A DNA stretch of 60,886 bases, filler included, from Sphacelaria rigidula (GCA_964200075.2; 10 parts of 10 records of this genome joined end to end with filler, not necessarily neighbours in it); one strand, 5' to 3'. Shown: positions 1 through 12,882, numbered from the whole stretch's first letter. Program-made: numbers and translations. Notes: generated from the letters alone by a model not told the origin.

Positions 1-264
1 AAACGAACTCGCTAGCGATCGCCTGCGATCGCTTGCAGGGTAAGTGTTGGGTTGGGTTTCCTCCTTTCATCAAAGAAAAAAAAAAAAATCGCCCTACCGC
101 GGCACGGGGGTGCTCACTGATGCCTGCCGGAACCTGCTCCCTCTGCGTGCGTGTTTCGGGCCTCTCATTATCCGTTTCCGTCCTGAAGAACGCATCGATA
201 TGAATGTTTCACAAAACAGAATGTTCCCGCTCAGCAACCAATTCTCGCCGCCTGTTGAAGCAGG

Positions 265-374
265 CCCTTAGAGCTCAGACCGCGATGCGGGTAGTCCATC
301 TGGATCACACATACTTTTTTTAAAGTAGAATTGACCCGACTCAGCAGGTAACGTATACCCTCGCGGTGAAAGGG
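265..374 (-). mobile_element. piggyBac-like MITE, degenerate (same family as 47929-48030)
   Basis: CCCTT...AAGGG ends. The reverse complement aligns by eye with 47929-48030 (gagggta..acctgctga.tcgg...aaaaaagtat..gtgatccaga.ggactacccg). Confidence 0.6.
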
Positions 375-532
375 TTGGGTCGTGTCTTGTCGTCTCAACG
401 AGACCAAATAAAGAAGGCGGGAAAAGGAGCCAGCGTCCAAAAGCAGCATGTTCATTAATCGCCGGGCAGGTCTACGGTTGCGGCAACAAGTGCAACATGC
501 TGCTTTTTTACGCTTGTTCCTTTTGCTGATTT

Positions 533-556
533 TTGTTGTTGTTGTTGTTGTTGTTG
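533..556. repeat. (GTT)n microsatellite
   Basis: Read directly from the sequence. Confidence 0.9.
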
Positions 557-817
557 GCTCGATAAGAGTTATGGCAGCAGTTGGAGTTGGAAAAAAAGAA
601 GAAGGAACAAGCTTACAAAAGGAGAATGATGTTGACCAGTCGCCGCAACCGTAGACCCGCCCGGCGATCGATCAACGTGCTGCTTTTGAGGCTTGTTCCT
701 ATTCTCGCTTTTTTGTTTTGGTCTCGGGAAGACACGGCTAACCAGCAGCAGCATGGGTGACCTGCTGAATCGGCAATCAATCTGGATTGATATATTTATG
801 CATGGCCCAGAAAACCA

Positions 818-1152
818 CACACGCGGCCATTTGGATACCTCCAAAATTCCTCCAGGTGGGTAAACTTTTCGAGCCTCCAGAGGAATTAAACGCCTCCGGA
901 GGGGTGCGCGGCCCTCCAGAGGCAATGTTTTGGTTTCCTCCAGAGGGATGAAATGCCTCCGGAGGCTTATTTTTGCCTCCGCAGGGCCACGTATATCCCC
1001 AAATTCCTCCGGAGGGGTGCGTGGCCCTCCGGGTCGGTAGGGTTTGGTTTCCTCCAGAGGGATTAAAGGCCTCCGGAGTCTTTTTTCCCCCTGGAGGGCC
1101 GCTCTTCCCTCCGGAGGCATTTTGGGGTGTGCGAGCCAAATGGGCCCGTGTG
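818..1152. mobile_element. Small TIR element filled with CCTCC(G/A)GAGG palindromes
   Basis: Imperfect inverted ends CACACG..CCATTTGG / CCAAATGG..CGTGTG. About 12 CCTCCRGAGG motifs at roughly 20-30 bp spacing. CA dinucleotide on both flanks. Confidence 0.55.
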
Positions 1153-4100
1153 CAACCCTTGCGGTTCGGGAATTGAGTGTTTGGCCCAGATGACTCAGCA
1201 TGACGCTGAAAGGGTTGACCTGAAGCGTGTTGCCTGACGGTGAGATTCCTTGGAGCATGCATGTTCGATACGGGAAGCCTTCTCCGGGTGTGTGGGATCC
1301 CCCCTCCCCCCCCCCAAAAAAACGCCCTCCCCCTCGAAAACTCACTGCCTTCAGGCGAAACTATTCCGAACCCAGTTAACCCTCGACATTCGAGCGAGTG
1401 TGCATCTGTTGAATCGGCATCGCTTTGACCTGAATATAAAAAGGCACGCCGCCTAAGGGTTCATCTGCGGCCGCTCATAGGGTCAGCCTCTTGATCCTTT
1501 TGACTGCTGGGGGGATATCATCTGTTGAATCGGCATCGTCGTCAGGCCCTGTCATATAAAAAAATTGTTCTCATGTCGAAAACGTGCGGTCGTATCGAAT
1601 TTCCTCGTTTCTGATTCGCCGACGCTCTTTCTTTTCTCAGATGGTTTGAAAACGTGGATGCCGTGGACGTATCAGGTAAAATAGCAAATTCGATTCCACC
1701 GTAAGTTTTCCAGTCGAAAACAATTAGGTAAGACACGGCTTCTCACTAGCAGATTGAGAGTAAGAGCCAGACTATCAACGCGGCTGAACCCCATCCACCG
1801 CCAGCGGGTGTCATTTGTTGCATCAGCACCATTTACATGTGAAAAATTATACTTCGTACTCAATTTAAACAATGACTGCAGTGTGACACCCAGCGCGTGC
1901 GTGTTTGCCATCATCCCAGGGTGTACATGAAAAATTCGATAGTGCACTCGGGTGTGCACACAAATGGTTTTATCGCACCCCCTGCTGTCAAAGGGTCAAA
2001 CCGCCCACAAAGTTCATCCTTTGAATCGGCATCATTTTCAGGTGAAAAATGGGCGACAGACAAGGCACAGCAGGTATGCTCAAGGGGTCAATGCAGATTT
2101 GGGATTTAGGTAAATAGAACATGATTCAGGTATACACTCCACTCACTCTCTTTCCCCCCTGATTTGTCCTTCTACACGAAAGAAACCTGAACGCAGGCTT
2201 TCCCTACAGCTACAGTAACCGAAATGTTTCACGTACGAGTTTATTTTAGAGCTCCTCGTCATAAAGACGCAGAAAGTAACGGAGTATCACACACGCTTGT
2301 ATTGCCGTCATATTTTGTGTGTAGACTTGAAATCGGGCGACCGTTTGCATCACGTGAGAGGAAGTTTCAGCCAGCCACAGACGGTACCGTTGTGCATATT
2401 GCAGGCCAGCCGTTGGACTTGTTTGATGATGTTGACCTTGCTTGTCTTTGAGGGAAATTTACCCCTTTCCAACAGAACAGTATCTCTTCATCAAATAAGA
2501 GAGTCTGAACGGTAGCTACATACCATCCATGGCTCGTGGTATATAGTACTATACTTGCGTGCAGTTTCACTCATGTTTATTGTTCGGAACATATTCGTTC
2601 CAGTAGACTTCCAAAGGACCCGACAACGTGTTTTTCTTGTATTTACCCCCCCACGTTCGTCGCCGTGCCGATCTCACCTAGGCTGTGCGGGTTTCAGTAC
2701 CACTGACTGACTACACCTTTGAAGCTGAATCTTACAGCAACCATCTAAGGTGACGATGACAACAATGCCGAGTCAAGGGATGAGCCGTTCTGTCAGTCAA
2801 AAGGCTAAACTAATCACTTCGAGCCACCCCTTACACCGTTCTGCAGTTACACATTATCCACCTGTTGTTTCGAGAATAATTCATACGATCGTACACCTGA
2901 TCACGAAGTATCAAGCCGCCGAACATTCGTATCTCCCTCCCCCTTGACTCAACGGTAGTTACTCAGGAGTTTCTGGGTGTATGCTGTAGTCGTACAGCAA
3001 GTGATCGGCGTGTTCCGTCGCTCTCTAGCCAAGCGGAGGTTTCTGGTTTTTGTTGCCTCGCGTAGACTGCGCGTCTGCGACAAGGGCTTCGGCTGTTCAA
3101 TCACACTATCCCTTTTGTCGAAATCGCGATTGTTCAGTACGTCCTGTCGCCAGTATGGTTCATGCTTTCGACGACTTCGTGCTAAACGATGTCGTTATCT
3201 ACAGATTCCAAAAACCTGGCACTGCTGTACGTAGTAGATATATATCCTGCTGCATCGTGCTTTTTGCGTGCGTGTGAGTGCACATTGCACTGTCTGTAAA
3301 CTATCGTGCCTGGGTTCGTCCTTGTCCGTCCTACCGTTACAAAAAATACGCATTAGCGATTGATCCCCATGGACAAGTAACGTCAACATCAAAGAAGTCC
3401 AACGGCTGGCCTGCAATGTACGTCTCTCTTTGTCTCTCATCCTTCCTGAATCGCATGCAATGCCCGCCATATGTTTCTCCCTGCTATCATCCTTGCAGCC
3501 ACCATACGCTCTCTCACCTTCGCGTTGAGGTAGAGTCATGACCACACGCGGGGGATCTCCCCTTCAAAAATCGTTCGACATATACCCCTCATAAACGGGG
3601 CCCCAGACAAACACCAGAGTGTTGTATTTGGCATTTGACTGTTTATTACGAAGATTTACGGTACCCGTCCATTACACCAGGTCTTCCCTTTTTCACACAC
3701 GTTGGTTGACTGTATGTCCGATAGCTGACTGTTCACCAAGATACGGACGTTGTACTTTACTCTTCAGCACCGCACCTCACCGCGCCGCACCGCACCGTAC
3801 AACACCGTGTCTAAGAACTGTACCGCTTCACTACAAAAGTTGTGGGATTCAAGAAGAGCTCATGGTACAACGGTACAGTGCGGTGTCCTATAGCGCGGTG
3901 TTTGAGACAGCACAGGACGGGGTACCTCGACTCTCTCTCACCAGGTGCTTTCCGGGGCTGCAGATTCAAAGCTCCAGAGACCCTAGCCCAGAAAAGCCAC
4001 CTCAGCTCCCCCGGATGGTAGGGCGCGGCACAGACAGTAGCTTAACACCGCACCGCTGGTCGCCGAGCGATTTTCCTTGGCTGTATCTATCTATCTACTG

Positions 4101-5201
4101 TTGCACCTGAAGTCCGCAGTGCTGTCTGTGAAGAAACGGAAGTTACGGAATATATATGAGAACGGGAAAAAGTCATATTCGTGGAAAAAACCAAACGCCC
4201 GAGCCCGAAATCGCAGGTGGAGGACCGTTCAGATTGTTCCCAGATTTCTGCGGCTGGATCTGTATCGGTTCGACCGACACATGTTGGATTGCGTCTTGAG
4301 GTCATGTGCAGTTCACCACTTCACGGTATCTATTGATTGCGGTGCCGTCCCTTCATCTCTCGCGGTGTCTCAGTTTTTGCTGCACCCAAGTATATGCTAC
4401 TTCTGTGCTGAATCTTGTCGTGTTGCTCCAATTGAGTGGCAATTCACAAGGATTTCAACCAATCGTCCACCGAAGCTCGGAATGCCGTGTTCTACAGCAC
4501 AACAAGTTGAGTTCCTTTAAATATAGTTAGGGTTGGGTTTACTGCTGAACATCCAGACTTGTAGGTGATCATATTGCATCTCGATACGTGAATGGATGCT
4601 GTTTGTGACGAAGGTCCTGCTTGCTAAACTGAGCAAAGACCTCGAAAAAGTCAACATAAGTAGTTTTCATTGCCGCTCATGGTAGACCTGCACCGGATGT
4701 GTGTTCCGTAATACGAGTATAAAATTAATTGATTTGTCCTTACTTTGCAGCAACACTCCACGGTACGTGCACGTGCAGGAATGGGGATGGCGTATCCTGC
4801 ATCCCGTGTACGGCGAGCTTCTACCTCATGTGCGACGACAGTCCCAGAAAAAGTGTTTTTCTCCCTCAACCACTGCAACCATTTTGTGTGGTTGCTGGCA
4901 TTTATCTCGTTAGTTTTAAACCCGGCCGTAGTACACGTGGTGAGGTCGGCAGCGCTGTTTGGCGCCACCGTGAACGCGTCAGCTCTGGTATCTATTTCCG
5001 ATCTCGACGACGCTGAGAGCTGGCTGGGATACTCGTGCGCTTCCATCGGAGGTGAGAGCGGCAATAAGCGGGCAAGAAAGCAAGGCCAGGTCTCCGTATC
5101 TGCCTCAAGAGGGCGTTTGCCATCAATTGTGCAGTGTGTACCCAAGTGCAGATGTACGCGTGTCACGTTCAAGATGACACGGTGCTGTACGAGGTGTAAC
5201 A

Positions 5202-5202
<1 letters not shown>

Positions 5203-5235
<33 letters not shown>
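5203..5235. repeat. (CTG)n microsatellite
   Basis: 11 CTG units. Confidence 0.95.
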
Positions 5236-5238
<3 letters not shown>

Positions 5239-5465
5239 TATGGAACAAACGCGATTCAAGTTATTTCCCATGATTTTGACGTCATCTCATGAATATGAGC
5301 CCACGTACTATACTCGTACTTGAACGGATTATGCGGCCCTGGGCCGCAAGATCACGAGGGTAACCACCCCTCATCAGTTGCGATAATAAGTAGATGGACG
5401 CACAGCGCAGAAACCTCTAGCGGATTATTCGTGGATCGGGCTGCGGAGCGCGCAAGACGTACATA

Positions 5466-5999
5466 CTTCCTCTGTCCCACAAGTAAACTACGTTATGGGC
5501 GGCAGATCGTATCTCGCCGATGCATGTGCCCATTATGCTATACTTAGGTTCGTTGGAAAGCTCTGGTCATGGCGATGACCACAGAAGAAAAAAATATCCG
5601 ACTCGTACTTACTGAGAAATTTTGGGTCGAAAATGACCAAATTTTGACCAATTCCGACTAGTTTGAACCACTTTCGGTGTAGATTCGACGAAATTGACCT
5701 GTTTTATAGTAAACGAAGGCTGCTACGTGCCCGAGGGGTTTTGGACGACACGTAGGCGTCACACACAAGCGATGAATCGGAGACAAATAGTCAGTTTCCG
5801 TTTTGTTCGCGATTTTGGCCATTTTTCCGCGGTTCCGTCGTTCTTCTCAGCTTTCCGGAAAAGGGGCGGAATAGGGCCCTTTTTCGGCCGACTGATGTTT
5901 TTTGGGCCATTAGGCCGCTTCTTATAATAGACAAAAATAAAATAAAAACTGGAAAAGTGTCTTTTTGGAGCTTTTACGTCGTTTTACGCCCCAAAAGAG
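5466..5999 (+). mobile_element. Stowaway/Tc1-mariner-like MITE, truncated by the contig end
   Basis: TA|CTTCCTCTGTCCCACAAGTAAA terminus. Internal blocks are shared with 40979-41592 (ggcagatc.tatctcgcc; atccgactcg.acttactgagaa). Confidence 0.6.
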
Positions 6000-6099
6000 N
6001 NNNNNNNNNNNNNNNNNNNNNNNNNNNNNNNNNNNNNNNNNNNTTAATTAATTAANNNNNNNNNNNNNNNNNNNNNNNNNNNNNNNNNNNNNNNNNNNN
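6000..6099. other. Artificial contig linker (N44-TTAATTAATTAA-N44). Identical linkers at 12099-12198, 18198-18297, 24297-24396, 30396-30495, 36495-36594, 42593-42692, 48691-48790 and 54789-54888
   Basis: Nine identical 100-bp spacers with a six-frame stop linker. The intervening contigs are 5999 bp (x6) then 5998 bp (x4), i.e. sorted by size. Confidence 0.98.
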
Positions 6100-8788
6100 A
6101 ACAAAAACCTTTTTTTTCCCCCCCCAAAAAAAGGAGAAAAAAAAAAAAAAGGGAACCCCCCCCCCCCCCCCCCCCCCCGCAGAAAAAGAGAGAAAATACC
6201 GCCATTTGCGAACCAGCAAACATCACAACCACCACCTGCTAAACAGCATCCACCACGGGAAATAGCAGTGCCGCAACCCCGACACCGAATTTCCCGCCAA
6301 AAGCGAATTGAACCCACCTGACCCAGCCGATTACACGCAGGCCTGCCTCCAACATATTGATCACCGGCTTGTGAGGCCCCTTCCATTCCTTCACCCTCAG
6401 GCGGCCTTCCTTCATTACGCACTCAGGCCCGTGCTGGCGAGCGTAGGCGCCGAGCCCCCTCAAGGCAGGATCCAACTCTAAAAAGGACGTCATGGCACGG
6501 TGTTCCATCACGGGACTTTCGACCGCGCGTGAACCGTTAAATAATAAAAAAAAAAGCAGACGGGGAAAACAAACGATCAAACAACGAAAACAGCAACGCA
6601 GCGACGACATCGACGACAACGTTCCAAGACCTCGCGTCATGCTTCCAGCTTCCAAAACAAGTCTCTCTCACAAAGTCGTGCAATGACATACAACCTCCCT
6701 CCGCCACATCTGTTTTGAATTTTCACCTTCAAGGGGTAAAGGCTGGGGGGGGGGAATCCCGACAAAACAAAAAATTCCATCATATGACAAAACATTGGCA
6801 TGTACGTACGTCTAGTGTACATCTGTTGTTGGCGGTCCAAGTTCTGCTACGCATTTACGTGAGAAAAAAAGTCACCTAACCTCTGATTTTTCGAGTCAAC
6901 ACGAATCGCTGTTCTGACGGGAACTTGACGGGTGTCGCAGTGGGCGTTTCAATGCCGTACATACACGATATGCCAAGCTACACAAGAAGAAAAACGTACA
7001 GTCAGTATGCCTCTGATCGGAGAGCTGCCTCATCAACAAAGACACATTTTTCTTTTACTTGCCATTCCAAAGGGCTACCCCAGCTCTAAACCTGAACCTA
7101 CCCCCTAACCCTATCCCACCCGGAGGCCGACCGTGATGCCTTGGTCAATGAAGGGTTCATTCCACCTGCGCTGGTAAATCGCAGTGTATACCAACTGCTG
7201 GCAAACATGATCCTCTTCCCAACTGGTTTGCGCAGACGCTCAAAGCGTCGAGCGCCGTGGTGAGCTTAAAATATCCGCACCTTGACATTACGCCCCCAGG
7301 TTTAGTTGATGCATTTAAACGCTCGTACTTCTATCTTGGTTTGCCACCAGAGCTATCAGACCATCGCGCAGTGGCGACCGGGGGGTCATGACGTGCAGCA
7401 GCGGTCTCTGTACAGTGAGCGCCGCGGACAATTTGCGCGTAAAGGGAGCGTGCTTGAGTATGTAGCGTGGCATCGTAGAGAGTCTTGGGAGCCGTGACAA
7501 GATTTAGGGTACCAAGATCGTTTGCAGAGCCATGTGAAGCATCGGCTGAGTTCTGGAGAGCCGAAATCATGGCCTCAACCATGGTTCCGGGGCCAGATGA
7601 CGGGGTGCGGCGCGTTGGACTATCAGAGGTCGGAGAGTGAGGGCTTCCACCGGAAGCAACACCCGTGGCAATATTTCGAACACCGGAAGCGGGCCGCTTT
7701 GACGGGGTTGGAGAAGGGTTGATCGTCTCCGAACTGGGCGCTATGGAAGAAGCCACCGCTGTGGGCTCAACTGAGGGCACCATCCTAGCCGTGGATCCCA
7801 GGACGGCATCCGGGGGAGCATTTCTCAGTGAGAGGGGTGCCTCAGCACTAGCCGGTATCGAACTGTCACGGGATGATTCATCGTGGGACATGGGTGTTGC
7901 AGCCGCAACAGCTGTCGAGCCGCCAAGGAATGTTACTACTTGAGGCAGTCTTGACTTTGTAGGCTGCTGGTCTTCGAGTCCCGTGGATAGAGCAGCGCTC
8001 TCAGGTTGTTGTCGTAGAGCTGAAGGTGAAATACCGCCCTTTCCGATGTGGCGAGAACGGTGACTAGTTTGGCTTCGTGTACAGCGGGGCCGTGGGTCTC
8101 CCAAACCCGGAGGAGGAAGCCGGGCTAACGTGTTGCGACAAAATGAGGGGGGGTGTCGGCGGCGTTGAATATATGGTTCTGAAAATTTCAGAACAGTTAT
8201 CAGAGCCATTTCGCGCGATCGATAAGCGCAAGTAGCCAAACAACAGGAGGGATATAGGTGTGGTTGGTGTCACGGGTGTCCCGATTTAGAATGCAGGGCA
8301 GTAGCGTGTCACCATAGAGAGCAAAGGGCGCGTGCCCGAAGGAATGCCGTGATGTAGTAATTAAGGACACCAAAGTACGAAAATGCCCCAGTGAATGAAG
8401 AGTACAGTCGGCAGGTAGAAAGCCGCACTTGAATAAAGACGTACGGGGCGGCCGAAAGAAAACATTTTCGAGGGCCGGAACCCTTGAATGTAACAAAAAA
8501 AATACGGACTCGAAACGGGGCGAGCTATTGGATTGCAATTAACTGCAATAACGAAGATGGTGTGCTTCAACGCTGTACTTTTCGACAATCAGTGTACCAT
8601 AAAGACGGGAGCAGCCTGCTGTCTGTGCTCTGTATAAACACTGTGCCGGTGAAAGCAGAGAAAATTTTCGCACACAGTCGATGCTGGGCCGCGGCGCGAT
8701 GTAAAACAGGTAGAGAAGGTCCGTGTAAATCACCTCAACTGTCTTAGTGGTGATGTTCACACGCGGCAATGGGTAGACTTAAAATAGT

Positions 8789-9168
8789 CCAGCAGGGTGG
8801 CAACAGCACGGGATGCTGGGGGTACAGCAGTGCAGAATACAACGCAAGCGGAGCTCGAGTGGCTCTGTCACTTGAAGCTCAGGGATAGCCTGTGGTGGAG
8901 AAAGGGCAGGTGGGGAGAAGGTAACTGACCAAATCTCCGCCGCCCCTCGCTTGGCTTACAGCGCTTAAGTAGGAATAAGATCACAACATATGCCAGCAGG
9001 GGGTGCGACAGCACTAGATGCTAGGGCACAGTAGCGCAAAATACAACGCGAGCGGAGCTCGGGTGACTCCGAGCACGGCAAGTGAGGGATAACCTGTGCT
9101 GGAGAAAGGGCAGGTGCGAAGAAGGTAACTGACCGGATCTTAGCCGCCCTTCGCTTGGCTCACAGCAC
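8789..9168. repeat. Diverged tandem duplication, about 204-bp period, 2 copies
   Basis: ccagcagg...aatacaacgc.agcggagctcg...ggagaaagggcaggtg...gaaggtaactgacc...tcgcttggct occurs at 8789 and 8993. Confidence 0.85.
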
Positions 9169-9319
9169 GATAGTACTTGTGGGATCAAGCAAACAAAATG
9201 TTGACTAGTCACTACGCGAGGTAAGCTACAGTACCTCGGGCTACGAGCAACGGTAGAGCACAGTCTGGTAGTTAAACAATCAGTACAGAAAAAAGAAGAC
9301 ACGGTCTAGTTGACGCCAG

Positions 9320-9788
9320 TGTAATGGGCTTACGATGGGTGTATAACCAACACGCTTCTCAGAGTACCAGTGGCCAGACAGCTTGTGCGGTGGTACGCAA
9401 GCTATAGTCAGAAGCCAACAGCTGGCGCTCTAGCGACAACCCACGAATAAGCCTACAGCTTCCTTTCATGTAATTCAGTTTCATGCGGTAGGTTGATGCC
9501 CTCAGAATGTACGGTAGGTGATATCTTTATTAATCGTTCTCGTTCAGGGTCAGTGCTTGTTCTCAACTCAATCCTCACCGAGTGATGTCATGCTGAGAAG
9601 TCGGGGCAGACTAGTGAACGAGATGCGTGAGCCTGGACGACTCGTAGTATCTGCTTACTCAAGCCCACCCTCGTCTCTGACCAATTCTGAAGAGACCTGC
9701 AGTCCCTGAATGTCCAGTATCCAATATAGTATAGCCGGACCCATCGACGGGTCTGAAAGGGCATGACAACAGGCCAATATGATCCTCA
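9320..9788 (+). mobile_element. LTR-like repeat (TG...CA) followed by a PBS-like TGG
   Basis: Starts TGTAATGGG, ends GATCCTCA, next bases TGGCACTCGG. A highly similar inverted copy lies at 11366-11833. Confidence 0.65.
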
Positions 9789-11365
9789 TGGCACTCGGAC
9801 CCAGCTTCCTCGATAGAGAAAGTCAGCGACAACTCTTCTTACAAGCCCCGATGTCATCATAGACGAGCTCGATCTTCCCGCGATGTCCCTTCCCGCTCCG
9901 CTGCCGCCACTATCCGCTTGCTTCAACGGTAGATTCCAGATCTGCAACGCTCATTCAAGCACACCAGGGACTTTTCCGAGGCTTCGCCCACCACCCCTTC
10001 GGCAACAACTACGGCCACCGCGGCAACGACTGCTGCCCCTCTCACGACCACAACCGCTCCGGCCGCCATCGCTGTCGCCCCGAGCGTCATTGCGGCACCT
10101 TCGGCCGCTGTTACTGCCACCCCTGCGTCCGCCACTGCCGCCGTCAGCGGTACCCACACCATGATCAGGTCTCCGGCCAGGTCCCCAACAACCCCCGCCG
10201 CCCTACCAACACAAACACAGCCGCATCTGACTGACGAGTTCTGCCCAGCGGGCTACCTTGTGTGCCTGTTCATGGAACACGATCGCGACGCCCAAATCGC
10301 ATCATCGCCCGCTACCGAGCCGCCACCCCGGCGCCGGTACTATCGGTCACCACCCTGGCGCCGGCAGGTACGGCGCCGGCATCTCGCGACGTGCAGGATG
10401 ACCACGCCGCCGACGAGAACGCGATCCGCAGAAAAGTCTGCGGAGAAGTCGCAGACAGTATGGACAAGCCAAGTGACCTCGTGGGAGGAAAGGGCGAGAC
10501 CAGGCTGGTCATCGGCCCTGGTGTCAGTGGTAGCGGCGTATGTCTTTTTTCCCGACTTACGGGGGATACGGTACCCCGAAGAGGAAAAAGAGGCCGGGCC
10601 CGATGGCGAAGAAGCCGCGGGGGTTCGCTGAGGGTGCTGCGGATCTTGGAGCGACGTGGCGCGAGCGCGAGCGGTCGTATAATCGATAGGCAGGGTCGCC
10701 GCGGTATCAAGCGCAATATCGATAACACCCACGGCGTCTACGCACCGCTTTGTACAACGCCCGTTACTGTCACTTTTCTTTCCCTTCTTTGGATATCTTG
10801 CCTTACCCTTTTCGCTGGGACCAGCCTCTACGACATCTAAGAAAGGACCACCTACACCGGACCACGATCGGAGACCATCAGGAGCCGTTCACCATCTACG
10901 CCTACTGGAGCTCTAGTATCCCCTTTCAGCTGGCGCTGGATCTCATTGAATCACCGATTTTCTGAATTCGTTATTTTTCGCTTTCGACCAACATGCGTTG
11001 GTCTCATGTTACCGATCTTGTCAGTTTCCCTTTGACATCCCCAAGGTACAAGCTCTGCTCCCTGTTGTACCTCCCTGGTTTCCTCCTTCGTTTTGCTAGC
11101 ACGCCGAAGCAATTTCTGCTCCTTCGTTGGTCGCTAGCACGCAAAAGCAGTTTGTACTCCCGCGTTTCGAAGCATTTTGTTCTGCTTCTCGAAGCAGTTG
11201 ATGCTTCCATTATTTTGAGCTGTGGGAGTGGGTACAGGACTGTCTTCTTGGGCGTGCCTTATTAGCCGCTCATGACTTGACGAGTAAAAAAAAACTAGTT
11301 TTCGCTGCTTTTAGCGATACATCTTCGTAGCTGTAGTAAAGGTTCGTCTGGGTGGGTTAGTGATG

Positions 11366-11833
11366 TGAGGATCATATTGGCCTGTTGTCATGCCCTTTCA
11401 GACCCGTCGATGGGTCCGGCTATACTATATTGGATACTGGACATTCAGGGACTGCGGGTCTCTTCAGAGTTGGTCAGAGACGAGGGTGGGCCTGAATAAG
11501 CAGATACTGCGAGTCGTCCAGGCTCACGCATCTCGTTCACTAGTCTGCGCCGACGTCTCAGCATCACATCACTCGGTGAATATTGAGTTGAGAATAAGGA
11601 CTGACCCTGAACGAGAACGACTAATAAGAGACCACCTTCCGTACATTCTGAGGGCATCAACCTACCGCGTCAAACTGAATTACATGAAAGGAACGTTTAG
11701 ACTTATATGTGGGTTATCGCTAGAGCGCCAGCTGTTGGCTTCTGACTATAGCTTGCGTACCACCGCTCAAGCTGTCTGGCCACTGGTACTCTGAGAAGCG
11801 TGTTGGTTATACACCCAGCGTAAGCCTATTACA
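11366..11833 (-). mobile_element. Inverted second copy of the 469-bp LTR-like repeat
   Basis: Reverse complement of 9320-9788 over its whole length. No TSD, PBS or PPT visible. Confidence 0.7.
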
Positions 11834-12263
11834 ACGCACGGTCATTGTCCAACAATCGGCTCGTCTTGGGTTTCTTCTTATCTTCCACATTCTGTAGCAA
11901 AAACAAAAGTGGTCGACCGTGGTTTCCACGGTACTCACAGTAAGTAAAGTACCCATCGCACCCGGGTATCTGAGTATTCGCTTTCCTCAAAAGGCTGGGT
12001 ATTCCCGGGTACTCGGGAAGATAGGGTACTCATGTTCTTGCATGCCGTAGTCATCAGACCATTAACCTCGCATCCCTACAAAGCCGGGACGGAGCACGNN
12101 NNNNNNNNNNNNNNNNNNNNNNNNNNNNNNNNNNNNNNNNNNTTAATTAATTAANNNNNNNNNNNNNNNNNNNNNNNNNNNNNNNNNNNNNNNNNNNNCC
12201 AACCTCTGCAGTCACCTGCCAAGAGGAGTGCAACAGTCTCCACGACTACCGTATTCCTTAACA

Positions 12264-12277
12264 GGTTTATGAGCCTC
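12264..12277 (+). promoter_or_regulatory. Primer binding site complementary to the anticodon arm of tRNA-Met (half-tRNA type)
   Basis: GGTTTATGAGCCTC directly after the LTR-terminal CA. Resembles GGTTATG(A/G)GCCC of Drosophila copia-type elements. Confidence 0.75.
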
Positions 12278-12455
12278 GATTGTCTGCGAGGTGCAAATAC
12301 CGAGAGCTTCTAAAGGAGAGCTTGCCGGGGAGATGTCTTCGGCCAGTTCTACAGAGTTCTACAGAAGAGCTGAATACCTGGGACAACACAGACACTACAA
12401 GTGAGTTGAGGCGACCGCGGATCGTACTCTACGTATGTAGAGTCAAGGCGGCACG

Positions 12456-12861
12456 CTGTACAAGCTACAGTGAAAACCTGTGCGCGCAGGAAGGCGGCAC
12501 AGTCAGGGAAATCGCACTTGCGCGTCGAGCGTTGAGAAGCCTCGAAGCATACAGCCTTGCGTAGTTCATCATCCCTGCAGACAAAACCTGCACCAGTTGC
12601 AGTCTGTACAAGCTACAGTGAAAACCTGTGCGCGCAGGAAGGCGGCACAGTCAGGGAAATCGCACTTGCGCGTCGAGCATTGATCAGCCTCGAAGCGTAC
12701 AGCGTTGCGTACTTCATCATCCCCGCGGACGAAACCGGCACCAGTTGCAGTCTGTACAACAAGCTACAGTGAAAACCTGTGCGCGTAGGAAGGCGGCACA
12801 GTCTGGGAAATCGCACTCGCGCGTCGAGCATTGATAAGCCTCGAAGCGTACAGCGTTGCGC
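12456..12861 (+). repeat. 148-bp tandem repeat (about 2.7 copies) in the copia 5' leader
   Basis: Units start at 12456, 12604 and 12752 (ctgtacaa..ctacagtgaaaacctgtgcgcg). Confidence 0.95.
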
Positions 12862-12882
12862 GGTTCATTTTCTCTCTGTACG

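Noticed and set aside
569..1345. 258-aa ORF
   Set aside because: It is a translation of the CCTCCGGAGG array and adjacent MITEs.
2401..3416. 46-bp inverted match between 2401-2446 and 3371-3416
   Set aside because: Too short, with no termini or TSD. Probably two fragments of an old repeat.
4651..5323. Overlapping 206-aa and 192-aa ORFs with poly-Q/poly-C
   Set aside because: The homopolymers come from a (CTG)n microsatellite. A minus-strand exon is possible, but I found no homology or partner exons.
6044..6235. ORFs running into N linkers and poly-C/G/A contig ends (also near 24220, 35250, 36440 and 54760-54900)
   Set aside because: Assembly linker and low-quality homopolymer ends.
7331..8239. 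302-aa Ser/Pro/Ala-rich ORF
   Set aside because: Low complexity, no recognisable domain and no supportable splice model. It may be a TE or gene relic but cannot be assigned.
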